In this document: positions 16,075 through 24,473 of the stretch, in pieces
Layout of the letters: every line of letters begins with the position of its first letter
How positions within the stretch are numbered: the first letter of the stretch is position 1
Virus record (IMG/VR): IMGVR_UViG_3300042485_001768
Source of the DNA: a virus
Lineage: Duplodnaviria > Heunggongvirae > Uroviricota > Caudoviricetes
DNA length: 64,000 bases
Reading direction: 5' to 3' (one strand)
The notes under the pieces: model-generated
What the model was told of the DNA's origin: nothing
Seen by the model: only the letters and a program-made list of their open reading frames with translations
The model's database searches: none
Position numbers and translations under genes: made by a program

Positions 16075-16773
16075 ATGCTCATCGATCTTCACAATTTTTT
16101 TAAACACTTTGATGAAAATAATCCAAAGCATGTTGCTGCGGTAGAACAATTTGAAAAAGATTTGCTTTTAAAGGCACACGAATTGATGCAAGACGAAGCA
16201 AATTGGGTAAGGATTTTTAGAACAAAAGAGAACAAACCCCAAGCAACTATTTTACCAGTTCCTTTTTATCCACAAACAGATAACTATAGAGATGCAAATA
16301 GAACCTGCAACTCTTCTGCTTGTGCAATGTGTCTTGAGTATTTCAAACCTGGCACACTAAAAGGACCTAAGGGCGATGACGCCTATGTACAAAAAGTTTT
16401 TTCAATTGGTGACACAACTGATCACCTGGTTCAAACCAAAGTTCTTGCGTCATACGGTATTAAATCCAGTTTTTCCTACAGCCTTACTTTTGCTGATCTT
16501 GATAGAGAGCTTGCCGCTGGTAGACCTGTTGTTATTGGCATTCTTCATCGCGGGACTTTATCTAATCCCACAGGAGGACACATGGTAGTGGTGATTGGTA
16601 AGACACCTTCTGGTGATTATGTCGTTAATGACCCTTATGGATCATTAAATGATGGATATACTGGTTCCGTGAACAATGGTAAGGGTGCTGTTTACAAACG
16701 TTCCGAATTATCTCGTAGATGGTGCCCTAAAGGTAATGATGGTTGGGGTAGAATTTTTGATGTAAAAAAGTAG
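16075..16773 (+). CDS. peptidase C39-like protein (zero-frame product of the lysis gene)
   Basis: QTDN...TCNSSACAM, GGHMVVVIG, VNDPYG (Cys/His/Asp). Confidence 0.85.
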   Translation: MLIDLHNFFKHFDENNPKHVAAVEQFEKDLLLKAHELMQDEANWVRIFRTKENKPQATILPVPFYPQTDNYRDANRTCNSSACAMCLEYFKPGTLKGPKGDDAYVQKVFSIGDTTDHLVQTKVLASYGIKSSFSYSLTFADLDRELAAGRPVVIGILHRGTLSNPTGGHMVVVIGKTPSGDYVVNDPYGSLNDGYTGSVNNGKGAVYKRSELSRRWCPKGNDGWGRIFDVKK

Positions 16774-16836
16774 AATCAACATCACAATCAAAAATCCCTC
16801 AATGTGGTGTTGATTTAATTAGAGAGTTTGAGGGAT
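16764..16836 (+). promoter_or_regulatory. candidate -1 programmed ribosomal frameshift signal (A_AAA_AAG plus H-type pseudoknot)
   Basis: In-frame heptamer at 16764-16770; stem1 16774-16786/16803-16815 (13 bp, one G-U); stem2 16794-16802/16828-16836 (9 bp). Confidence 0.85.
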
Positions 16837-17252
16837 GTCACTTGAATGCTTATCCAGACCCACTAACTGGTGGACTTCCAATTACAATTGGTTGGGGTTC
16901 TACTAAAGATTTTGATGGTAAATCTTTTAAATTGGGTAGAAAAATTACTCAAGAATATGCAGATAAATTATTGTTATTTGACCTTGAACAAAGATTTCTT
17001 CCTTCATTGCAAAAAATACCTTATTGGAGCGAAATGAATGACAACCAACGTGGAGCACTTCTCAGCTTTGCTTATAATCTCGGTGCTGGCTTCTATGGTA
17101 ACAGCAATTTCAATACTATTACCCGCAATCTACGTGAGAAGAATTGGAAAGCAATCCCAAAAACATTAGAGATGTATCGTAATCCTGGTAGTAAAGTTGA
17201 AGCAGGATTACTTAGAAGAAGAAAAGCGGAGGGTAAACTCTGGGTTTCTTAA
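16770..17252 (+). CDS. GH24 (phage-type) lysozyme domain, -1 frame continuation with no start codon of its own
   Basis: Frame opens at 16761: ...KIPQCGVDLIREFEGCHLNAYPDP...TIGWG...LLSFAYNLG...GLLRRRKAE; the catalytic Glu lies upstream of the track's TTG start. Confidence 0.88.
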   Translation, partial: VESTSQSKIPQCGVDLIREFEGCHLNAYPDPLTGGLPITIGWGSTKDFDGKSFKLGRKITQEYADKLLLFDLEQRFLPSLQKIPYWSEMNDNQRGALLSFAYNLGAGFYGNSNFNTITRNLREKNWKAIPKTLEMYRNPGSKVEAGLLRRRKAEGKLWVS

Positions 17253-17485
17253 TCTTCTACCTTTGTTCGTAGAGCGATTACTGTAGTTAGAATTGCTAAT
17301 AGAGTTTCATATCCTCTTCTCTCAGATTCTTTACAATCTAAGGGAGGAGGATTTTTTAGTTTTCCTAATGCATTTGCAGCATTGATTGACCCTGGAAACA
17401 TAAAGTTACATGAAATAAAATTAATTCCAACAAATCCAATAGCGGAGAAACAAACTATAAAGATAAGTTTGGTTAGATTAAGTTT
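17249..17485 (-). CDS. two-TM small membrane protein (holin candidate)
   Basis: MKLNLTKLIFIVCFSAIGFVGINF...LLAILTTVIALRTKVED; converges on the lysozyme. Confidence 0.55.
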   Translation of the reverse strand, partial: KLNLTKLIFIVCFSAIGFVGINFISCNFMFPGSINAANALGKLKNPPPLDCKESERRGYETLLAILTTVIALRTKVED

Positions 17486-17676
17486 CATCTTCCTTCTTGA
17501 CGATGAATCCAGGTTTTGAGTTCGTGTAAATATGTTCTTAATATTTGTGCTTGTTCTTGATGCCAAAAATCACCCGTCTCCAACCAGAGACGGGTGTGAT
17601 TATCTATTGCCTTAAGTATTTGGTGGATAGGAGCATTCCAACACTCCCTTTTTGGAGTGTTCCACTCTCTGGGCAT
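17485..17676 (-). CDS. hypothetical protein
   Basis: MPREWNTPKRECWNAPIHQILKAIDNH...; stop overlaps the next start. Confidence 0.65.
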   Translation of the reverse strand: MPREWNTPKRECWNAPIHQILKAIDNHTRLWLETGDFWHQEQAQILRTYLHELKTWIHRQEGR

Positions 17677-17679
17677 ACA

Positions 17680-17871
17680 TTAAACTTCAGTGGTGTCTTC
17701 TTGGTCTTTTGCTGGAATAAACAAATCAACTTTCTTTAATAAAGATTCTGCTTCTTCATCATGAATGGCATTTTTTTGTGCCCAAGATAAATCAAAGTCA
17801 GAAACTTTTTGCTTTTTAGAAAGTTTTGTGCAGATTGCTAAAAGTCTCTTGCGAGTAGGTTCGTTTAACAT
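17680..17871 (-). CDS. hypothetical protein
   Basis: 63-aa ORF in the same minus-strand run. Confidence 0.5.
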   Translation of the reverse strand: MLNEPTRKRLLAICTKLSKKQKVSDFDLSWAQKNAIHDEEAESLLKKVDLFIPAKDQEDTTEV

Positions 17872-17984
17872 CTTTTTAAATAAATCTACTTTATTTTATT
17901 TAGCAATACTATATCTTAATTATTATACGGTTATCAATATATCAACCCTTTATTTAGGATGTGCCAGTTGAGCAATTGTACCTA

Positions 17985-18042
17985 TTGACAGGGTTTGCTG
18001 ACAATGTTATTATAAATACATCAAAACGTTAAGGAATGTAAC
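17985..18042 (+). promoter_or_regulatory. psbA promoter: sigma70-like plus T4-late-like, with an HLR1-like box
   Basis: TTGACA-17 nt-TATTAT, TATAAATA at 18011-18018, reverse-strand GTTACATT-CC-TTAACGTT at 18025-18042. Confidence 0.7.
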
Positions 18043-18059
18043 ACTTCTTTAATGTTTGT

Positions 18060-18160
18060 GACTCCCGTTAACCGAGACCTATGGGAGTATAAATTACGTC
18101 TCTCATGCCCACACTGGGGGTGGTGTGGGGAATAACGTAACATCCAGTTCCCCCTGGACT
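18060..18160 (+). ncRNA. PhotoRC-II-like structured leader upstream of psbA
   Basis: ACTCCC/GGGAGT stem whose loop GAGAC can pair with GTCTC (18098-18102); CCCACAC/GTGTGGG and TCCAG/CTGGA hairpins; matches my recollection of the cyanophage PhotoRC-II motif. Confidence 0.7.
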
Positions 18161-18183
18161 TTTTACTTACCCTTTTAAACAAA

Positions 18184-19263
18184 ATGACTGCTACACTTTC
18201 ACAACAACGACAATCAAATACTTGGGAACAATTCTGCAACTGGGTTACTTCAACCGACAACCGCCTCTATGTGGGTTGGTTCGGAGTCCTGATGATCCCT
18301 TGTCTGCTTGCTGCTACAACTTGTTTTATCATCGCATTCATCGGTGCTCCTCCTGTGGACATTGATGGTATCCGCGAACCTGTTGCTGGTTCACTCATGT
18401 ACGGAAACAACATCATCTCTGGTGCTGTTATCCCTTCGTCCAATGCAATTGGACTGCACTTTTACCCCATCTGGGAAGCTGCTTCCCTAGATGAGTGGCT
18501 CTACAACGGTGGTCCTTTCCAACTCGTTGTCTTCCACTTCCTGATTGGTATCTATGCTTATATGGGTCGTGAGTGGGAACTTTCTTATCGTCTAGGTATG
18601 CGTCCTTGGATCTGCGTTGCATACTCTGCTCCTGTTGCTGCTGCTTCTGCAGTGTTCCTGGTCTATCCTTTCGGTCAAGGTTCTTTCTCTGATGCGATGC
18701 CTCTGGGTATCTCTGGCACCTTCAACTACATGCTGGTGTTCCAGGCTGAGCACAACATCCTGATGCACCCCTTCCACATGCTCGGTGTTGCTGGTGTATT
18801 TGGTGGTTCTCTGTTCAGTGCGATGCACGGTTCGCTTGTAACCTCTTCGCTTGTTCGTGAAACCACTGAAAACGAGTCGCAGAACTACGGTTACAAGTTC
18901 GGTCAAGAAGAAGAGACTTATAACATCGTTGCTGCTCACGGTTATTTTGGTCGCCTTATTTTCCAATATGCTTCCTTTAATAACTCCCGTTCTCTGCACT
19001 TCTTCCTTGCTGCTTGGCCTGTTGTAGGCATCTGGTTCACTGCTCTTGGTGTTTCTACGATGGCCTTCAATTTGAATGGCTTCAACTTTAATCAGAGCAT
19101 TATGAGTTCTGAAGGTAAAGTTGTTAACACTTGGGCAGATGTGCTCAACCGTGCTGGTCTTGGTATGGAAGTTATGCACGAAAGGAACGCACACAACTTC
19201 CCTCTGGATCTTGCTGCTGCTGAGAACACTCCTGTTGCTCTCACTGCTCCTAGTATCGGTTGA
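18184..19263 (+). CDS. psbA: photosystem II D1 protein (Glu130, high-light type), no intron
   Basis: [48 protein letters not shown]. Confidence 0.99.
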   Translation: MTATLSQQRQSNTWEQFCNWVTSTDNRLYVGWFGVLMIPCLLAATTCFIIAFIGAPPVDIDGIREPVAGSLMYGNNIISGAVIPSSNAIGLHFYPIWEAASLDEWLYNGGPFQLVVFHFLIGIYAYMGREWELSYRLGMRPWICVAYSAPVAAASAVFLVYPFGQGSFSDAMPLGISGTFNYMLVFQAEHNILMHPFHMLGVAGVFGGSLFSAMHGSLVTSSLVRETTENESQNYGYKFGQEEETYNIVAAHGYFGRLIFQYASFNNSRSLHFFLAAWPVVGIWFTALGVSTMAFNLNGFNFNQSIMSSEGKVVNTWADVLNRAGLGMEVMHERNAHNFPLDLAAAENTPVALTAPSIG

Positions 19264-19288
19264 TAAAAACTGAATAACTGATATAATT

Positions 19289-19315
19289 AAGAGGGTATAA
19301 CAACCCTCTTTTTTT
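19289..19315 (+). terminator. intrinsic terminator
   Basis: AGAGGGT/ACCCTCT stem plus T-run. Confidence 0.75.
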
Positions 19316-19438
19316 ATGTCTCATAATACTCAACACGAACCTGTACCTAACTGGGTAATCTGGGCAGGTGTAGGTATGATGGTATTCACAGTTCTTGTAT
19401 TTGTTTTATTCACTCTTGGGGTAATTTATTGGGGATAG
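19316..19438 (+). CDS. 40-aa single-TM peptide
   Basis: MSHNTQHEPVPNWVIWAGVGMMVFTVLVFVLFTLGVIYWG. Confidence 0.5.
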   Translation: MSHNTQHEPVPNWVIWAGVGMMVFTVLVFVLFTLGVIYWG

Positions 19439-19444
19439 AAATTT

Positions 19445-19648
19445 ATGTTTATTTTTAAAGTAGGTGATATTTGTAGAATTGATAATCCAAATCAAAGAAG
19501 GTATGGAAGAGAATTTGAAATTCTAGGTTTCATGTATGATAAAGATGATGAGCATTTTCCTCCAATCGCAATGAAAGTTAGATACTTAGACACCAATCGT
19601 AAAGGAACATATGACTGCTCATTTGATTCTCTTGTTGTAATTGGATAA
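19445..19648 (+). CDS. hypothetical protein
   Basis: 67-aa ORF with a beta-rich SH3-like pattern. Confidence 0.5.
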   Translation: MFIFKVGDICRIDNPNQRRYGREFEILGFMYDKDDEHFPPIAMKVRYLDTNRKGTYDCSFDSLVVIG

Positions 19649-19661
19649 GCACAAACACTCA

Positions 19662-19695
19662 TTGACCTCTTTGTTAAGGAATGTTAAGATAAATA
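19662..19695 (+). promoter_or_regulatory. psbD promoter with an HLR1-like box
   Basis: TTGACC-17 nt-TAAGAT, ATAAATA; reverse-strand TTAACATT-CC-TTAACAAA at 19670-19687. Confidence 0.65.
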
Positions 19696-19715
19696 TGAGA
19701 AATACATAGGAGGTT

Positions 19716-20777
19716 ATGACTTCTTCAACACTTTCACAACCAATTTCACAAAGAGGATGGTTCGATGTCCTGGATGACTGGCTTAAACGAGATCGCTTTG
19801 TCTTTGTGGGTTGGTCTGGATTACTTCTTTTTCCCACTGCTTATTTGGCCCTTGGTGGCTGGCTTACTGGCACAACGTTTGTTACCAGTTGGTACACCCA
19901 CGGGTTGGCGTCTTCTTATCTTGAAGGTGCTAATTTCCTCACGGCAGCTGTGTCTACGCCTGCAGATGCTATGGGTCATTCTCTTCTTCTACTTTGGGGT
20001 CCTGAATCTCAAGGAGATATTGTCAGGTGGTTCCAACTTGGGGGACTCTGGCCTTTTGTGGCACTACACGGGGCTTTCGCTCTAATTGGATTTATGCTTC
20101 GCCAGTTTGAGATTGCCCGTCTGGTTGGCATCCGTCCTTATAACGCAATCGCATTCTCTGGTCCTATCGCTGTATTCGTCAGCGTCTTCCTGATGTATCC
20201 TCTGGGTCAATCCAGTTGGTTCTTTGCTCCATCGTTTGGTGTGGCAGCAATCTTCAGATTTCTTCTATTTCTTCAAGGTTTCCACAACTGGACTCTTAAT
20301 CCTTTCCATATGATGGGAGTTGCTGGTATACTGGGAGGTGCTCTACTCTGTGCTATTCATGGTGCAACAGTTGAAAACACCCTCTATGAAGACGGTGAAC
20401 AATCAAATACCTTCAAGGCATTTGAACCCACCCAAGAAGAAGAAACCTATTCTATGGTTACAGCGAATAGGTACTGGTCTCAAATTTTTGGAATCGCTTT
20501 TAGTAATAAGCGTTGGCTCCATTTCTTTATGTTGTTTGTACCTGTTATGGGTCTCTGGACATCTAGTATTGGAATTATTGGGCTCGCTCTTAACCTTCGA
20601 GCATACGATTTCGTCTCGCAGGAAATTCGTGCAGCAGAAGATCCAGAATTTGAAACGTTCTACACGAAAAATATCCTTCTAAACGAAGGTCTTCGTGCTT
20701 GGATGGCTCCAGTAGATCAGATTCATGAGAATTTTGTCTTTCCAGATGAGGTTCTCCCGAGGGGCAACGCACTTTGA
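19716..20777 (+). CDS. psbD: photosystem II D2 protein
   Basis: [36 protein letters not shown]. Confidence 0.99.
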   Translation: MTSSTLSQPISQRGWFDVLDDWLKRDRFVFVGWSGLLLFPTAYLALGGWLTGTTFVTSWYTHGLASSYLEGANFLTAAVSTPADAMGHSLLLLWGPESQGDIVRWFQLGGLWPFVALHGAFALIGFMLRQFEIARLVGIRPYNAIAFSGPIAVFVSVFLMYPLGQSSWFFAPSFGVAAIFRFLLFLQGFHNWTLNPFHMMGVAGILGGALLCAIHGATVENTLYEDGEQSNTFKAFEPTQEEETYSMVTANRYWSQIFGIAFSNKRWLHFFMLFVPVMGLWTSSIGIIGLALNLRAYDFVSQEIRAAEDPEFETFYTKNILLNEGLRAWMAPVDQIHENFVFPDEVLPRGNAL

Positions 20778-20783
20778 TTTTAT

Positions 20784-20805
20784 AAGACCCTTCGGGGTCT
20801 TTTTT
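20784..20805 (+). terminator. intrinsic terminator with a cUUCGg loop
   Basis: AAGACCC-TTCG-GGGTCTT plus T-run. Confidence 0.85.
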
Positions 20806-20882
20806 ATTATGTCTTTAATTCATAACAAAATTTAATATCTTATCAAGAACCCGTTATAATTATAATGAGTTCTTATTTTTAT

Positions 20883-21542
20883 ATGAAGATCTTTTTAGAT
20901 ACCGCAGATGTTTCAATGATTAGTCCAGCATATGAGACTGGACTATTGGATGGAGTTACTACAAATCCCACTTTGATTCTTAAAAGTGGTAGACAACTTC
21001 AAGAAGTTATTAACGAAATTTCGGATATATTTCCAAATTTAGACAGCATTTCTGCTGAGGTAGTTGCAGACACTGCTGACGAAATGATTTCGCAAGCACA
21101 ACAATATTACACAATCGCTCCTGCTGTTACAATCAAAGTCCCTTGTACTGTAGAAGGACTTAAAGTTTGCAAGTTTCTTTCCGATAAAGGAATTCAAGTT
21201 AATGTAACACTTGTGTTCTCAGTGGCACAAGCAATTCTTGCATCAAAGGCAGGAGCAACATTCATCTCCCCATTCGTTGGACGTTGGATGGATAATTCAA
21301 TTGATGGAATTGAACTTATCAAAAACATCCGTAAGGCATTTGATTACTCAGGAACATCTACACAAATTCTTGCAGCATCTCTTCGTGACGTAAGACAGGT
21401 AGAACAATCTGCTCTTAATGGTGCAGATGTAGTTACAATTCCTCCCATTGTATTCTGGGCAATGTATAAGAACATTATGACTGATAAGGGTTTGGAACTC
21501 TTCCAGAAAGATTGGGACTCTGTTTTAGATAATAAAAAATGA
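20883..21542 (+). CDS. talC: transaldolase C
   Basis: FLDTAD, GVTTNPTL, TIKVP, NVTLVFS, SPFVGR, ILAASLR. Confidence 0.96.
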   Translation: MKIFLDTADVSMISPAYETGLLDGVTTNPTLILKSGRQLQEVINEISDIFPNLDSISAEVVADTADEMISQAQQYYTIAPAVTIKVPCTVEGLKVCKFLSDKGIQVNVTLVFSVAQAILASKAGATFISPFVGRWMDNSIDGIELIKNIRKAFDYSGTSTQILAASLRDVRQVEQSALNGADVVTIPPIVFWAMYKNIMTDKGLELFQKDWDSVLDNKK

Positions 21543-22870
21543 AATCAATAGTAATATTTGGGGCAACTGGTGACCTTTGTAAAAGGAAACTCATACCAGC
21601 ACTTTATTCTCTTCACAAGAAAAATCTTTTACCAAAAGGATTTAAAATTATTGGTGCTTCTAGAACTAAACATAGTAAGGAGAGTTGGGTTGAGATTTTA
21701 GGACACTATTCTCAAGAGTTTATTAAACGACTTGATTATGTTCCTTGTGACTTAAGCGATTTAGAATCTTTAAAACTGATAGATTCTTGCGATGACACCA
21801 CTTATTTTCTATCAGTTCCTCCAGAAAGATATGTTGATGCAATTACTAATCTAAAAGAGGCAGGTAAATTAGATGACGCAGAAAAATCTAGAGTCATTAT
21901 TGAGAAACCTTTTGGCACCGATATTCAATCTGCTAATCATTTACAATCTGTGGTGGCTGGATATTTACGCGAGAAACAAGTATATCGCATTGACCATTAT
22001 CTGGGTAAAGATACTGTTAATAATATTCTTGCCACCCGCTTTAGCAATATTTTACTTGAACCACTTTGGAACAGGAACTTTATAGAAGAAGTTCAGATCT
22101 TTGCAACTGAAACGATTGGTTGTGAAGGTCGTGCCCAGTATTATGATACTGCTGGTGCCGTAAGAGATATGCTTCAAAACCATATGCTTCAGGTGCTTGC
22201 ATTAATTGCAATGGAACCTCCTTGTAAAAATGATGCTAAAGAAATTCGCAGAGAGAAGGTTAAGGTTCTTGCTGCAACTAGACTTGGTGATAATGTAGTT
22301 CTTGGACAATATGATGAATATAAAAATGAGGAAGGAGTAACTCAAGGTTCTCAAACTCCAACTTTTGTTGCTGGTGATCTTTATATTGATAACTGGAGAT
22401 GGAAAGGAGTTCCATTTCACTTTATGACAGGTAAAAAAATGCCCGTGAATTGTGTTGAGGTTGTGATTAAATTTAAATCTCCACCACAACAATTATTTGA
22501 TGGGCACGAATGCAACGATAGAATTGTAATGAGATTACAACCAGATCCACATTTGGATATGCGTATTGACATCAAATCTCCTGGACTAAATGATAATGTA
22601 GAATCAGCAATTCTTCAGTATCATTATCCAGTAGAAAAAGCAATTGATGGTTATGTAAAACTTTTTTATGATGCAATAAATGAAGATCAGTCACACTTTG
22701 TTCATGCTGATGAGGTATTAGAATCTTGGAGAATTGTTGATGATCTTTTATGTACTGGAGATCATTGTCGCATTATGACAATGCCATATCTTTATAATGA
22801 AGGTGTTTGGGGACCTTGGCAAAAAACAGAACTTATTACTAAGTGGGATTATCCACTCAAATTAAAATAG
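21539..22870 (+). CDS. zwf: glucose-6-phosphate dehydrogenase
   Basis: FGATGDL, IEKPFG, RIDHYLGK, RDMLQNH, NWRWKGVPF. Confidence 0.97.
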   Translation: MKSIVIFGATGDLCKRKLIPALYSLHKKNLLPKGFKIIGASRTKHSKESWVEILGHYSQEFIKRLDYVPCDLSDLESLKLIDSCDDTTYFLSVPPERYVDAITNLKEAGKLDDAEKSRVIIEKPFGTDIQSANHLQSVVAGYLREKQVYRIDHYLGKDTVNNILATRFSNILLEPLWNRNFIEEVQIFATETIGCEGRAQYYDTAGAVRDMLQNHMLQVLALIAMEPPCKNDAKEIRREKVKVLAATRLGDNVVLGQYDEYKNEEGVTQGSQTPTFVAGDLYIDNWRWKGVPFHFMTGKKMPVNCVEVVIKFKSPPQQLFDGHECNDRIVMRLQPDPHLDMRIDIKSPGLNDNVESAILQYHYPVEKAIDGYVKLFYDAINEDQSHFVHADEVLESWRIVDDLLCTGDHCRIMTMPYLYNEGVWGPWQKTELITKWDYPLKLK

Positions 22871-22879
22871 GAGTAAAAA

Positions 22880-23905
22880 ATGAAAGTAGGAATGATTGGA
22901 TTAGGGAGAATGGGTGAAGGAATGTCTCGTCGTATGATGAAGGCAGGAATAGAAGTCTGGGGTTATCGTAGAAATTATGAAAAAGCACAGGAAGCATATG
23001 AGAAAGGATATGTGAATGGAGTTGCAACTACTATTGAAAATCTTGTTAAAGTAGTAAAAAAGGATGGGCAACAACCAGGCATTTTTCAAATGGTTGTGCC
23101 AGCAGAAACAGTAGAGGAAACGATTAATGAGTTACTACGATATTGTGGTGAGGGAGATATTATTATTGATCATGGCAATAGCAATTTTAAGGACAGTCGG
23201 AAGAGAGCAGAACGCTTGGCAAAACTTGGTATCCAATATATTGATTGTGGCACTAGCGGTGGTGTTTATGGTCTGGATCGTGGATACTGTCTTATGGTTG
23301 GTGGCGGAGATACTGCGGTCTCCACTTGTTCAAGCATTTTTAATGCCCTCTCCCCAGGAATTGACGCTGCCCCCAGGACTCAATTTGACTCAGACATAAC
23401 TTCTGCTGAATACGGTTGGTTGCATTGTGGTGGTCCAGGTGCTGGACACTTTGTGAAGATGGTTCATAATGGTATTGAGTATGGCATTATGCAGGCATAT
23501 GCAGAAGGATTCAACATCATTAAGAACGCCAATTCAGGTGCTCAGTATGTTAGAGAAGGTGATGCGGAAGTTGCCCCAATGGCAGATCCAGAATCCTATT
23601 GCTATGATATTGATGTTGCTGAGGTTGCTGAGTTATGGCGTCGTGGTAGCGTGGTTGGGTCTTGGTTACTTGACCTTACTGCTGATGTGCTACGCAGGGA
23701 TGGTAGCCTTAAACAGTTCTCTGGAGGTGTATCCGACAGCGGTGAGGGTCGTTGGACTGTTTCTACCGCTGTGGATCTGGGGGTTCCCGCTCCTGTTATT
23801 ACTACTGCCCTTTTTGAAAGATTTAACTCACGCAATCTCGGATCGTTCGGAGCAAAAATCTTGAACGGAATGCGGTATATGTTTGGAGGACACCACGTTA
23901 GGTAA
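22880..23905 (+). CDS. gnd: 6-phosphogluconate dehydrogenase (short type)
   Basis: IGLGRMG, IDHGNS, GTSGG, GHFVKMVHNGIEYG, DSGEGRW. Confidence 0.97.
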   Translation: MKVGMIGLGRMGEGMSRRMMKAGIEVWGYRRNYEKAQEAYEKGYVNGVATTIENLVKVVKKDGQQPGIFQMVVPAETVEETINELLRYCGEGDIIIDHGNSNFKDSRKRAERLAKLGIQYIDCGTSGGVYGLDRGYCLMVGGGDTAVSTCSSIFNALSPGIDAAPRTQFDSDITSAEYGWLHCGGPGAGHFVKMVHNGIEYGIMQAYAEGFNIIKNANSGAQYVREGDAEVAPMADPESYCYDIDVAEVAELWRRGSVVGSWLLDLTADVLRRDGSLKQFSGGVSDSGEGRWTVSTAVDLGVPAPVITTALFERFNSRNLGSFGAKILNGMRYMFGGHHVR

Positions 23906-23969
23906 ATCGTTATCGATAACAAGTGCTTGTAACAAATTTAAAATAAATATTCATAAGTTGCAAGCACTT

Positions 23970-24341
23970 ATGAGACCTCTCCAATCGCCTCAAGAATACT
24001 TGTTCAATCTTCAAACAACAAGTCAATCTGAAGCAAAACGATTATGGAGAAAAGAAATAAAAGAAAGTTGGAATCATAAATGTGCTTATTGTGGTTCAGA
24101 AGAAGATTTAACTCTTGACCATGTTATTCCACAATCAAAAGGTGGATTAGATATTACAAGAAATGTAGTATGTTGCTGCAAGTCTTGCAATCAATCCAAA
24201 GGACATGACCACTGGAAATTGTGGTATGTTCAGCAAGATTTTTATTGTGAAGAAAAATTTGATATAATAGAGGAGTGGATGAAACCACCTAAACCAACGA
24301 ATCTTTATTCTTATCGTCCAAGGAAAAATAATGCATCATGA
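23970..24341 (+). CDS. HNH endonuclease
   Basis: CAYC...TLDHVIPQSKGG...NVVCCCKSCNQSKG. Confidence 0.9.
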   Translation: MRPLQSPQEYLFNLQTTSQSEAKRLWRKEIKESWNHKCAYCGSEEDLTLDHVIPQSKGGLDITRNVVCCCKSCNQSKGHDHWKLWYVQQDFYCEEKFDIIEEWMKPPKPTNLYSYRPRKNNAS

Positions 24342-24451
24342 TTAATTCAACAACTCCATATAAACTTGCTGAAATTATTAGAGATACATGGCCAAATTTG
24401 TATCGACCACCTAAAAATTTTAATCCACCTTCAATAAAAAAATCTAAATAA
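24338..24451 (+). CDS. 37-aa hypothetical peptide
   Basis: MINSTTPYKLAEIIRDTWPNLYRPPK...; start overlaps the HNH stop. Confidence 0.5.
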   Translation: MINSTTPYKLAEIIRDTWPNLYRPPKNFNPPSIKKSK

Positions 24452-24473
24452 GAAAAATATTGTAATTTTTAAA

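Noticed and set aside
16842-17252. Stand-alone lysozyme starting at TTG 16842
   Set aside because: It omits the catalytic Glu and N-terminal helix encoded upstream in the same frame, and no RBS is evident.
18184-20777. Introns or homing endonucleases in psbA/psbD, and the antisense or alternate-frame ORFs there
   Set aside because: Both genes are continuous and of normal length; the overlapping ORFs are codon-bias shadows.
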